Part shown: piece by piece, positions 17,031 to 32,916 of the stretch
Layout of the letters: each line of letters begins with the position of its first letter
Numbering within the stretch: position 1 is the stretch's first letter
Assembly: GCF_009914755.1 (NCBI RefSeq)
Contig: NC_060932.1
Direction: 5' to 3' (one strand)
DNA from: the human T2T-CHM13v2.0 reference genome, Homo sapiens
Length of the DNA: 64,000 nt
Notes under the pieces: generated by a model
Told to the model about the DNA's origin: nothing
The model's database searches: none
Seen by the model: the letters and a program-made list of their open reading frames with translations, nothing else
Translations under genes and position numbers: made by a program

Positions 17031-18891
17031 TGGTGACCTCATTTCTAAAGGACAAACTCCCCCAGAAGAGACGAGAGCCGCATGCTACGTGTGAAGCAAA
17101 ACAATGGGGAAAGGCGACCAGAAAAGAATCATCAGCTTAATAAACACCAACTGTCGCAAGTGGAGCCTGGGCCTCGTGTGACTCTGGATGCAGACGCATG
17201 GGGAGTGTGCCCTTCCACCCACAGGCCTCTATCAGGGGGCTATAAGAAAGCCTAGGGGCACAGCTGGAGGCCAGAAAGAGCTCTCCCAGCCCCCAGTGCA
17301 GAGGCTCTGTGACGAGAAGGGCGTGAAACACCATGCATGTCCCTGAAGCTTTGCTCTTAGGAAACACAAATCTTAAACCACTGCAGGGGTGCAGCAAAAC
17401 CTGTCATTTCAGGATCTCATATTATACATAAAGTGACATAAGATTATTTGAAGGTAAGCTCTGCTCTATAAAAGGTGTGTTTCAATCTCTAGGAGACCAT
17501 TACAATATTAAAAATTCTTCCCTAATAAGCCCATAGTAGGGATAACTGGGGCAATAGAAATACTTAATTACACCAAAATCTGTCAGAGAATGTGGGAAGA
17601 AATAATAAAAAAACAGATGGGGTAAATAGAAACACTCCAGTCTCGGGGCCCGTGTGTTCAATCTTGTTGTTCCTCCCACCAGCTTCCACCAGATCAATAC
17701 TGAGTTCAATAACAGTCACTGCCACCTTGTTGGCCAGCAGTAAGATCCATCCTGTACACCTTGAGGTCAGGCTTTGTAATTTCCAGGATAAATCAATATT
17801 ATCACCGTTCACACAGTTGCACTCTAAGATATCTGGATATGTATTTTGTCTTGGTTTCATTGGTTTTCTTTAGAAAAGAACGCAGAACAAGAGTGACACT
17901 TGTGTTAATTCTCACATGTCCAGTTAAGTTAAATAACGTGAACGAAGACTAAATGGCTATAGAATATATTAATAATTCAAAGATGCTAATCTTTTTGAGC
18001 TTTTACTTGGATTCTGTAAGATTACAAAGAATCTAGGTCATATACATTAAACCAGAGGATTCTGTAAGATCCCTGAGACTGTAGATCATATACATTAAAC
18101 CAGACTTTCTTGGAACTGCTTTTGCTACCATTACTATTTTACAGCCCATCTTTCAAATATAAGTGTTTGGTTTTTGTTTGAGAAATTTCCACCAGTGTCC
18201 ATTTGGATGTACTATGGTTAAGGGGGCCTTGTTTTCATTTCTATATGAGAAAAGAACTCCTGAGATAGAAGTAGATGTAGATAAGCCTTAATGGCCCAGG
18301 TTTTAGAACCAGGCATACTTGATCCTCAGTATGGACTCACAAGCTCCTTGATTCTCCAGACATTTTTCAGAGAGCACTGACCTTTGGTGTCATTGTTTGT
18401 AAAACAGCCATCTATACGTCACCTTCCTGGTAGGGTAGTCTGGATACCTCGCAAGGTGCTCAGTAAATGGTATTCGTAATAAAATGCACTTTTCATGCCT
18501 GCCTCTGCATGCCATCTGTTATTAACAGTGTGGCTAGGACCCAGGAAGGCTAAAAATGCTCTATGCTCTGTTTCTTCAGTTGGAAGAAATGAGCAGACTT
18601 CAAAAATATAGGGCTGTTTTAAGGACAAATAAGTAACAAGCGGTAACAAGTTTAGAGCAAGACCTGGCATAGAGTAAGCGTCTACTTTTTTTTTCCATTT
18701 TTATTTCATGGACATAAAATAAAAATCTGAATTTAGAGATTTGTAGATTGGCAGTCCATATCTTAAAATAAATGCAAAAATATGTCAACAAATTTAAGAT
18801 ATCAGAAAATCTTTTGGCGATTTACATCAACAGTCCTGATACCATTTGACGCTAATTGTAGTAAGGTTAATTCTACAAATACTTTCTATAA

Positions 18892-19197
<306 letters not shown>

Positions 19198-20580
19198 TAT
19201 AATCTATATTTCAAATTCTGGCATGAAGAATAGGAACAGAGAAATGAGTTCCTCTTAATAACTGAATGGCATAAACTATCAGAATGGTGTTAGTATAAAA
19301 AACAACCACTTAAAAAAGAAAATAACAAACAAAAATGTGGCATTATGTTTAGCCCAATTAAAAAATACATTAAATAATTAAACAAAAGCTTGGATTCTCA
19401 AAGTTCATCTGAATGAGAAATATGTTAGTCTCTCTTTTTTAATGAATGATATTGTCTAGGAATAAAGAGAAATGTAGATAATTATATTGATGGGGCTGAA
19501 GCCCAGGTAAGTGCATATCTCACTGTATATAATAATAAGCATAGATGAATTATTTCACTAGCCCCTCTTTCCAAGACAAAGGAATAAAAACCCAGATGCT
19601 ACAGGATAACTTTGAGAATGATAAGAGCATTCATCAATACTAACTCCCCCAAAACTATTAGTGAATTTTTAAATACTATCATAAACAAAGCTTATGTTTT
19701 TCTATCTACAGAGAGTCACAAAGTATATCAAAGTAGCAGATTTTCCAGACACATCCTACATAAGTAACATCCACAGTATCATTTTATACTGTCACTGAAG
19801 TAGTCCTGTTCATATAAATTGAAATAAACTTGCAGACAAATGCCCATAATAAGCAGGAAAATTTAACCAGAATGTGAAACAGCCCTGTGGTTTGTGCCTG
19901 GCTTAGAATATTTATCATCAGCTGGCAATCTGGCCTTTCAAAAATATGCATGCATTTACATCGTAGCAAACTGTTTATCTCAATTCAAAAGATCACTTAT
20001 TAAAGCTTATCCATGTATTTGCTTATTTGCAACTGCTTATTAAAGGAGATGAATATCAACGTTAAACATTTTTAGTGCTTGAAAACAGGTCCTAAAATAA
20101 ACCTTACTCTCATTGGAAATTCTTATTTCGCTTTTACAAGGTTTACCTGCATAATCAAACGCCAAAAAAGATCTGTGAATCTGACCTTTGTCATTCCATT
20201 TATCAGACTATTAACTCCGTCTCACATCCATCTTTAAAAGGTTAGAGTCGACTGTGCGATGCCTTCCTCCAATTAAAATGAATAACACACAAATGCAGGC
20301 TCCGGAGCAACAGCTCTCTACTCGTTCTTATTTTAACTGCCTTTGAGACTAGAAACAGAAAAGGCTTATGACCATAATCTAGGCAGAAGTCAGGATTGTC
20401 CACCTTCTGGGGAATGCTAATATGAGTATTTTTTAATTACTCATAAAAAACTAGTAATATTACAAGTGGTTCATTTTTGTGCTTTTTAATACAAACAACC
20501 TGAAATTATAGCAGTTATATCTAATTACTTGAGATTTGAACTTATACATTTACCCATTAATTTGTCTCTCATAATGTATA

Positions 20581-20896
20581 TTTCTTTTGTTTGTTTGTTT
20601 GTTTTTGAAACGGCATCTCGCTCTGTCACCCGCGCTGGTGTGCAGTGGTGCAATCTTGGCTCATGGCAACCTCTGCCTCCCAGGTGATTCTCCTGCCTCA
20701 GCCTCTTAGGTAGCTGAGATTACAGGCGCCCGTCACCATGCCCAGCTAATTTTTTTTTGTATTATTATTATTTTTTAGTAGAGACGGGGTTTCTCCGTGT
20801 TGGACAGCCTGGTCTTGAACACCTGATGTCTGGTGATCCGCCCACCTCTTCCTCCCAACGTGCTGGGATTATAGGCATGAGTCACCGCAACTGGCT
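20581..20896 (-). mobile_element. AluS
   Basis: Reverse Alu dimer. Confidence 0.85.
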
Positions 20897-21021
20897 TATG
20901 TATTTCGTAGAGCCAGATTTCATAACACTAAATTTCATGCAAGTCTTTCACAGTTTTAGAAAAATAATATTTCACTGTTTAATAAGAGCATGATTTATTT
21001 TTTCTTTAAAAAAATGACTCA

Positions 21022-21219
<198 letters not shown>

Positions 21220-22206
21220 CTAAATATAAAACATATGAGAATACTTATTAGGCTTACAAATCCCTACACTTTGTCTGATTACCAGATATTTAATCTGAGT
21301 GTTGGTTTTATTATGTATTCAGCCATTCTATTTTTCTAGGTACAATAAAAAGTTACCCATTGTCTGCTCTGACCTGCTCAAGTCGATGTGACACCTTTCT
21401 CTTGTACAAAAACTCCTATTGTAGCATGAGGTTTTTTTGCATTGTTTTATCCATGTAATCTTCTGCTTCTTAAATTTATTTTTTTACTTGACATGAACAG
21501 AGAGGAAAGAAAAGTTCAACAGCCAAGAGTAATGAGGGTTGAGGGAGCAGTCGGACCCTGTGGATAGTGATCTGACATATCCTTCAGAAGACGTTGCTTT
21601 TGACCCTGTATATATGCTCTTCCTGATCCCTATGTGACTCATGCTTAGTAATGTTCCCCCTGGATCTGTTGATGATTTCAACTAAAGATGCATGAAAAGG
21701 AATATATAGGGCTATTTTGACATAGTGATTTCTTTACTTAAAATGTTCTAGCCTGCATCACAGTAACTAACCGATTGGAAAGGGCAATACAGGTACCGAG
21801 GACCAGGGTAAGAAAGAAGTAATGATGCTGGCAGGTGCTGAGGAAAAGAAAATCGTTCATCACTCAGAAGTTTGAGACATTTTGGTGGAATGAATCATAA
21901 TATGGAAAAATAATAGACAAGTTTAAGTCACTTTTTTCCTGATGTATGTTCAATACTCTAGTAAAAACATTCTCTAAATTGGAAGTGTAGACATACTCGA
22001 TGTCAAAGAACTATCCATTGTGTAAAAATAACCACAGTGTAGATAAATTATTCAAGTACTGCTGTATAAAGGGAGAAATGATAATTTAAATAACAAAGCA
22101 AAGAAATAAGTTGATAATTATTCCAAACAGATGAACATTATTGAAAAGATAAGATTGTCTATCATCCTTAGCTCACCACTTAAACTATCCAATATCCCCC
22201 AACAGA

Positions 22207-22468
22207 TTTTATTTTTTTAGATGGAGTCTCGCTCTGTCACCCAGGCTGGAGTGCAGTGGCACAATCTTGGGATTCTCCTGCCTCAGCTTCCCAAGTAGCT
22301 GAGATTACAGGCATGCTCCACCATGTCCTGCTAAGTTTTGTATTTTTAGTAGAGACGGGATTTCACCATGTTGGCCAGGCTGGTCTCGAACTCCTGACCT
22401 CAAGTGATCTGCTTGCCTCGGCCTCCCAAAGTCCTGGGATTACGGGTGTGAGCCACTGCACCCGGCCC
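22207..22468 (-). mobile_element. AluS with small internal deletion
   Basis: Reverse Alu. Confidence 0.85.
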
Positions 22469-22501
22469 CCAAGAGATTTGATCAGACCAATAACCCCAGG
22501 C

Positions 22502-22961
<460 letters not shown>

Positions 22962-22998
22962 TAGAAGAGGCTTTTTAAACATGAAGTGTGTCGAACTA

Positions 22999-23469
22999 AA
23001 CGCCTAATCTATCTATCCCTGAAACATCGAGTAGGTCTCTAACGCCTAATCTATCTATCCCTGAAACATCGAGTAGGTCTCTAATGTTTCTTAGCAGTAC
23101 CATCGGCACCCACCGACGTCACGAACTGAACGCCTAATCTATCTATCCCTGAAACATCGAGTAGGTCTCTAACGCCTAATCTATCTATCCCTGAAATATC
23201 GAGTAGGTCTCTAACGTTTCTTAACGATACCATCGGCATCCATCCACGTCACAAACTGAACGCCTAATCTATCTATCCCTGAAACATCGAGTAGGTCTCT
23301 AACGCCTAATCTATCTATCCCTGAAATATCGAGTAGGTCTCTAATGTTTCTTAACGATACCATCGGCATCCACCGACGTCACGAACTGAACGCCTAATCT
23401 ATCCATCCCTGAAACATCGAGTAGGTCTCTACTGTTTCTTAATACCATCGGCATCCATCCACATCATCA
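22999..23469. repeat. Higher-order minisatellite, (42+42+46 bp)x3 plus 42 bp plus a partial 46-bp unit
   Basis: Unit A AACGCCTAATCTATCTATCCCTGAAACATCGAGTAGGTCTCT x7; unit B AATGTTTCTTAACGATACCATCGGCATCCACCGACGTCACGAACTG x3 plus a degenerate copy. Confidence 0.95.
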
Positions 23470-24020
23470 CATTCAAAGCTTCCTCTTTCTCCATGACCCC
23501 AGACTGCCCTCCAATCAGTCATCACGCCTTAACTGGCGTGCATTCTAAATATTTTCCCAAATTATTTCACTTAATTCATATTATTTTCACAACAATCACC
23601 CCAGTGCAGGCAGCCTTATGTTAACCAGAATTAGTGCAATAATCTTCCAACTTGTTTTTTTGAGCCTGATCTTTTCCTAATTCAATGCATTCTCCATTCA
23701 GCAGTCAGAAAGCACCTTACAAATGTATATATGATGAGACATGTTAAAATTCTCATAGATTCCTGATCATCTTAGGACCAAATTTCACACTCCTTGATTT
23801 GGCCCAAAGACCCTGCATGATCTGACTGCTGCTTGCTTTTCTAGCTTCTTATCATTACTTGTTTTTCAGAATCATTTTTTCTTGCTTCAAGAGGCTCTGT
23901 ATCATAGGCCTGGGATGTTCGTTCCTTCTCCTTTGATTCACTTTGACTTTCCTATTTCTATTCATTCAAATATAACCACTTATTTCCCAAACTAAGCCAC
24001 TCACTCAATTCAATAAACAT
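23470..24020 (+). mobile_element. Degraded L2 fragment
   Basis: Pyrimidine-rich, with L2-like phrases (TCTCCATTCAGCAGTCAGA…ACCCTGCATGATCTG). Confidence 0.5.
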
Positions 24021-24419
24021 GAGTTTATCAGCCAGATAAACTACTAACTCATTTTCCAAACATACTAGTTATTCTCTGACTTCGTGCAAAGCAGAACCTT
24101 CCCTGATTAGGACACAGCCTCAAAAACTTGAACCTCATCAAATCCTTAAAGGCAATGAGCAGACCAACGGTGCCATGCAAAATATGACTGTGACAGCTTT
24201 AATCTGTCTTCAGTTCTGCTCTTATCACATTCATCTCCTGCCTGGGCTAATGAAATAGCCATCAACTGAGCTTCAGAATGGATATTTGCCTTCTTCTTAC
24301 GCATTTGTTCTGCACACAAAATAACCTGCTTACAATTAAATAATGCTTGCACATTTTATTTCTATACATGGGCATACGACATGTCTTTTAATAAAATTTT
24401 AGGTCAACTTCCTGATCTA

Positions 24420-24975
24420 TACTGTGCTTTCAGGACTCATCCTATGGAGATGGGGAAATTTAATCTTTACCATGGCTGGGAATTCCTTTCCTGCCTCAGG
24501 ATAGCCAATAGTCTCAGACTTTTGAGTCCTTGACTCCTTACTTCACATAAGCTCATTCTCCAACCTTATCTGGACCCTTAAATTTTAGCAGTTTCATGTT
24601 TTTGTGCACACCTTTGATAGAATGCTCTTTGACAAGTCCCTGCTCCAAAATCTAGCCTAAGTGCATCAGGCTACCACTTTGTTTTCAAGGTCCTGTCACA
24701 TCCCTGTTTTGTCCTGGTTTGTCTCCTTTATAATATAGTCTTAATCATATGTATAAGTCCATTGCTTTCTCAAGTTCCGTGAGGTACTCTAGGGAACTAT
24801 CAAGAACTGAAGGGACCATGGACCCCCTAAATTTATAGCCAGTTGGTCAGAGTGCAGGTGGCCTGGGAGGCCCCAAGGGCTTGCAGCTGACGTCAGAGGG
24901 GAGTCCTGTGGAGAAGCATGAAGTGCACGAACTCCGTGCTAACTCCAGGAAATTAGCGTCAGAATTGCATTGCAG
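24420..24975. mobile_element. Old ERVL-type LTR (MER21/MER68/MER77-like)
   Basis: TTTATAGCCAGTTGGTCAGAG…CTTGCAGCTGACGTC…GTCAGAATTGCATTG resembles this family; boundaries approximate. Confidence 0.55.
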
Positions 24976-26639
24976 TGGTATTTATGTCAAACATATTTTT
25001 TCAAATTTTCTCCTGGCTAACTCCAAAAACTGAAATTAATAAAAAGGAGATTGTTGTTATTTTTCATGCATACAGAGGCAATGTGGTCACTTCTTTTTTT
25101 CACTATTATTAGTAAGGCATTTCCCTGCTAACTTTGGCTAATCCATCATGCAGCTGTCTTAATTTTGCCGTCTCCTGCTTTCTGCTGGTAATGCCTGCAT
25201 TTGTGTGTAAAATGTGTTCTGTCACAGATTTATGACTGAGAACATTAGGTTAAAAACAATTCAATATTTAATACTCTCTTTTGAAAAATTAACCTATTTC
25301 TAATATTAGGATATATGAAATTATTACACATCTGAAGCTAAGTTCACTTGTGATAGTTACTCGAGGGAAGGCTTAATATGAGGTTGCTGTACAGCAGTTG
25401 ATAAATCCAAATATATGTGAATGATAAGATTTGATCCTCAGACAAAACGTGGCAAGACACATACTTTCTAAGCAGGTTTTACCAACTGAATTCATAAACT
25501 GTGAGGTAGGTGCTAGGAATTGTGCATGACACTCAGAGATTAATATAGATTCTGAAGAAACTTAAATCTCTACAAACTAAAAGAACACTTTACTTAAAAA
25601 TGAGCAACACAATTCAATATCTGAGTGTAGAGAAACAGACACAGACTGCATGGCTCCCGTGACTTGAAGGATTTCCTGTCTCTCTCTGATTTGTCTAGCT
25701 ATATTTTACTAATCTGTTAAGATATTTTAATTTATTTTTCCCAGGTAGCTTTTTTTTCTCTTACATCTTAAAAAAAAAAAAAGTGTGACTTTTTTCCCTG
25801 CTGTAACACCCATCACCTACCTGTAATGCTGTCTATTTACCAAATATTATTTATATAATTACATTAAGTGTTGGCATCTGTGTAGATTTTAACTTGTGTT
25901 GTTGTTGTTGATGATGTTTTTAATGAGAGAGGCCTTATCTTGTATTCCTAACAACAAACACAGTGTCTGATATCTAGCAGGTACTTTAAGAAATCACATG
26001 CTAAACTAAACTATTGGAAGAGCTATGTGGTCAGGGGAAGAAAGAGGGATTTCCTGGTGGAGATGGGCCTTGAGTTCTAGCTTTTAAGGACAGTAATGGG
26101 CTATTTGAAATAAAAGTTCCTAAAAGTATAAATAGTACACAGGCAGACAAACATGGATTGTGAATGACAGATAACAATAAGATGATAGATTGGCACTTTA
26201 TTCCCAACACCTTAAATGGCCATGCCCAAATAAAAATATGGTTTTATTTGCTGAGAACCAGAGATAAGATCTTTGAACCATTTGAAGTGATAAAATGGAA
26301 GTTGTATCAGACACTGTGAATGGCCTGTGCGCTATCTATTTTCTTTATGTTTTTTAACCTATTGAGTAAAAGTAGAACGGAAATATTTAGGGAAAAAATA
26401 TCCACAGTTAAGAAAAAATATATATTCCAGCCTCCCTTTGCAGTAGAGACAAACAACTGACAGAATTCAGACAAATGGGATAGAAGGAGTCAGCTACTGC
26501 AAGCAAGAAGGGACTCATGGAAAACAGTACTTTTTCTGTCATCTTGGACAATTCTCTAGTAGCTAATCTTTGTTCTTCATTGGTAAAACAGAGATAGCAA
26601 TAATCCCTTAGAACTTAGTTGGTGCTGTCATATTGGCTA

Positions 26640-26776
26640 CTTTTGGTAATTTTAGTAGAGACAGGGTTTCGCCATGCTGGCCAGGCTGGTCTCGAACTAC
26701 TGACCTCAGGTGATCCGCCCACCTCAGCCTCCCAATGTAATGCCGGGCTTACAGGCATGAGCCACTGCACCTGGCC
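26640..26776 (-). mobile_element. Alu left-arm fragment
   Basis: TTTTAGTAGAGACAGGG…CCACTGCACCTGGCC. Confidence 0.85.
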
Positions 26777-27571
26777 ATACTCAAGATAAAATTAAGCATT
26801 CATGTTAACAGAAGTTCATAACTGGCAAAGTAAAGGCTCAGGAAATGTGGGCAACTGTGAGGACAGTGATGACCAGGGAGATAATCGCAATACTGATCAT
26901 CATCACTGCTCATGAAGTTTGAGTCCTAATGCTATTACAGTGTAATGCTATTACAAAGCAAAGTGAAAGAAAGCGGTGTCATGCATCTGGAGGCAGGATA
27001 TCCTGTTAAACAAAAGCAAAATTGAGATTGAATGACGCTCGAGGGCAATGGGAAGGGAAAACTTGCAGGGCATTTGGAGAGCAGACTCGTCAAGGCGGGT
27101 GCATTCGTGAGAGTCGGAGGTGCAAGGAAGACTAAGAGACGGTGGACTTGCAGTGGACTACAATTTCGTGTCTGGCTACATATGAGTAGGGTAGAATCTC
27201 AGGACTAGCTGAGCCCACATGCTCAGTGTAATTTTCCCAGATTGCTTAATGTCAGGCTGTGCATTTTTAGAGTTGAGAACCGTTTCCTAACCTCTGCTTC
27301 TTTGCTCCCTCACATCATTATTCCTGGCTTCTGCTGCCAGCCTGAGACCTGCCGCATGTCAAAGCTCTGCTATCTGACACTTTTAGATTGGTCTCCTCCT
27401 CGTGGAGAACACAGCTTTGTTTTTACTCACCTGTTTCTTAATGGTCTTACTCTAAGACTTTCAGCACTAGAGCAACCATTATGGAGATAGAAGAATTGTG
27501 TAGGAAAATTTCTATGTGGAGTGTTTGCTGTTATTTATGTTGTTTTCTTGGTGTTTGCAGATTTTGAGTCA

Positions 27572-27697
<126 letters not shown>

Positions 27698-28003
27698 CTA
27701 CCAAACCATGACATTAAGTTAATATTTATTTTTGGCTTAACACAATTAGTCTAATTAGATGGGGTTTTGGGGTTTTTCATGATTAAGGTGTATATGTATA
27801 TATATATACATATGTATATGTATATATATATATACATATACACCTTAATAATGCCTCCAATGCCATATATATATACATATACACCTTAATAATGCCTCCA
27901 ATGCCATAATATTATATATATATACCTTAATCATGAAAATCATCTACATGTCTATCTATCTATATATACATGGCAAAATTTAAAAAAACAAAACAAACCA
28001 TGA

Positions 28004-28393
<390 letters not shown>

Positions 28394-28612
28394 TGATTAT
28401 ATTTATTCAAAATATAGAAACATGGTTAGAAATATTTTGTTGAAATACTAAGAAAAGGGAAACAGAGTATAGTCTATGTATTTAAAATAACCAGTATAAA
28501 AGGAAAAAAGAGAGAGGGAGAGAGAGAGAGATGGAAAGAAACATAGAACAAAAGAATGAAAGAAAGAAGCCCATGGACCCCAGCTGAGCCCTGTTGTAGA
28601 CTGTGGACTTCA

Positions 28613-28879
<267 letters not shown>

Positions 28880-29416
28880 TTAGCCAAGGTAAAATTCAGT
28901 GTATTCTCTTTTAAATTAGCAAAATAATTATTACCTATTATGCTACTCAGTTATAGATCTTGAGTCTATAAATAAATCTATCCAAGTTCTCTAAGAAGGG
29001 ATGATGTCCAATGATGGCATCTCCAAAGTGAATTCTGTTTAGAATAATTTACCTACTATAATTTAAGGACCTTGGCAGAGTTTTCTCTTCTCCATGCAGA
29101 CATGCATCTCCAAATGATATTAATGGGATTTATGAGCAAATTCAAGAGAAGAGGCGCTTAAAATGTACAAATGATTCAAGTGCTAATCATGATTGCGCTG
29201 GAGCTTTCCACACAAAATGAAGCAGGTAAACTATAACTAACAAGGTCACTGTTATTCAGCCTGCATTTACCTATTAATTTTCAAAGATTCATCAGCACCA
29301 ATTTATTAAAAGGACGTTACACAAGTAATATAGCAAATCAACATGATAATGGTTTTTTCCCAAAATGAGATTATGTTCCACACCCATAACTTTAGAGTTG
29401 ATGGCCTACTTCATAA

Positions 29417-29808
<392 letters not shown>

Positions 29809-29956
29809 TTAGGGTTTGGCTACTAACTCAATTACTTCCCATGAAACAAACTGCCCTTTAAATGGGTCATGAGCCAGATGGATTTACGTAGCCTGGATAG
29901 AAACATGAGAAGTAACTCTTTGGCACCACCACAGAGTTCTGGCGGGCAGCCGCTTA

Positions 29957-30405
<449 letters not shown>

Positions 30406-30659
30406 AGCACGTTCCCAACTGTACTTCGCCCTCAGGACCATCTCAGTGTCCTCACTTCAGATGAGGAAAACGGCATAAAAAGACTCAGTGCCTTATGAGG
30501 ACGGATTGATATTCAGGCGATTACATTTAATCATCCTGCTAGTGATAATGAGATGACTAACCATGCGTACTTGTCCTCACAGGCCTCTGAGTCTAATGAG
30601 AAAAGCTACCATATGAAGGATTTGTTATAATATGGCCATCGTGATGTAATAAAAATCTT

Positions 30660-31142
30660 AAACTACCATCAGATCCAGCAATCCCACTCGTGTATACTTA
30701 TCTAAAGGAATTTAAATTGGGATCCCAGAGAAAAATCGGTACTCTCACATTCATTGTAGCATTCTTCAAAATAGTCTAGATGTGCAAACAACCTAAATGT
30801 CCATCATCAGATGAACAGATAAAGAAAACGTGGAGTAGATAAAAGAAGAAATTCTGCTATTTGTAATAACACGGATGAACCTTGAGGACATCGTGCTAAG
30901 TGAAATAAGCAAATAAGCAGCCACAGAAGAACGAATACCTTATGATTCTACTTCTATGGGGAGATCTAAAGTAGTGGCACTCATAGAACCAGAGAGATTT
31001 ACAATGGTAGTTACTGGGGGCTGGGGAACAGGAAAATGGGAAGCAACTGTTGAGTGGCTATAAAGTTTCACTTACATAAAATGAGTATGCCCTGGAGACC
31101 TGCTCTACAGCACTGTGTTTATAGTTAAGAGGGTAGATTTTT
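30660..31142 (+). mobile_element. L1M 3' fragment
   Basis: GATCCAGCAATCCCACT…CAACCTAAATGTCCATCA…GGATGAACCTTGAGGACAT..GCTAAGTGAAATAAGC. Confidence 0.8.
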
Positions 31143-31230
31143 CTAATGAGAACACCTGCTCCACGTGCCATCATGTTGCATTTAGTCCTCTCTAAAGTCA
31201 CCTAGGATGAGCTCAAATCCTAACAAGCCC

Positions 31231-31649
<419 letters not shown>

Positions 31650-32329
31650 TCATGGGCTTTGGATAGTGGGTACTGACAGGTAAGTATCAGTGCAACGTGT
31701 GGGTGAGATAACTATTCAGGTTGTATGGCAGAAATTACCATCTACAGGAGATATTCCTGTTTATCAAAAGGAATGTGGGATAAAGATTAAAAAATACTTC
31801 AATTGGCAAAGAGGTCCATCACACTAGGCAAACTCTGAAAATAGTTATGCCCTTTGAAATTTGCTTATTTTGTTTTTGTCCTCTGCAGTGAAAAAGACAG
31901 TATTTAGGTACTGTCTCTGGGATTCTATCCTCCTCAGTCCTTGTGTTTCTTCATCCTAAATGCACAGTCCTTTAGCAGAATGTTCTCGTATATGAATTTT
32001 CCCTTAAAATAACCCTTCTATCTTCCCACGGCTTTTTCTGACACACTGGAATCTGTTTTATTTATTTATTTTCTGTTGAATCAGACCAACGACAGACATT
32101 ATTTGGGTAACTGCTGCTGGGGAAGCAGTTCCATGAAAACGGAAATTGGCAGATTATTTTGATTAAACGATGTTTCAATTTGGTGTTGAGATATTTTCTA
32201 TCAGAAGGCAAAATTAATAAAAGTGTCTACCTTTCTAACAGCACTGATGTGGAAAATAATTAATGATTTATCAGAATCATTCTTCTCCAAGCTAAAAATG
32301 AAATACAGAATAACGATAATATTCTATTA

Positions 32330-32916
32330 TAGGTCGAGGATCTCTTATCTGAAACGTTTGGTGTTTCAGGTTTGGAATTCTTGTAGATGTTGGAATATTT
32401 GCATAAACATAATGAGATATCTTAGGGATGGGACCCAAGTCTAAACATGAAATTCAATGATGTCTAATACATGCTTTATACACATAGTCTGATACACCTT
32501 CTACACGTGCTTTATCCTTGTTAAGATGATGACTTAGTTTATGAAACACAGTAATTGTTATGGTTTGGCTACTACTCAATTGTTTCCCATAAAACAAGTT
32601 GCCCTTTAAATAGGTCACGAGCCAGATGGATTTATGTAGCCTGGAGAGAGGCACGAGAAGCAGCACTTTGGCACAACGGAGAAGTCCTTGTGGGCAGCCA
32701 TTTTATACAATATTTTATATTTTGAAATACAAATACAATATTTTAAATAATTTTGTGCATGAGACAAAGTGTTGACTGCATTTTCTATTGTGATTTGTCC
32801 ATCACAGGAGGTCAGGTGTGAAATTTTTCCTTTGTGGAGTCATGTTGGTGCTCAAAACAAAGCAGATTTGGAGCATTTTGAATTTTGGATATTCAGATTA
32901 GGGATGCTCAATCCAT
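32330..32916. mobile_element. Tigger4b/MER46-type DNA transposon relic carrying a foreign insert
   Basis: GGAATATTTGCAT…GGGATGGGACCCAAGTCTAAACA…GAGGTCAGGTGTG…GATTAGGGATGCTCAA matches Tigger4/MER46 from recall. Confidence 0.78.

Noticed and set aside
22999-23469. CRISPR-like repeat/spacer appearance
   Set aside because: The apparent spacers are near-identical copies of each other, the repeats also occur back to back, there are no cas genes, and the context is a primate intron.
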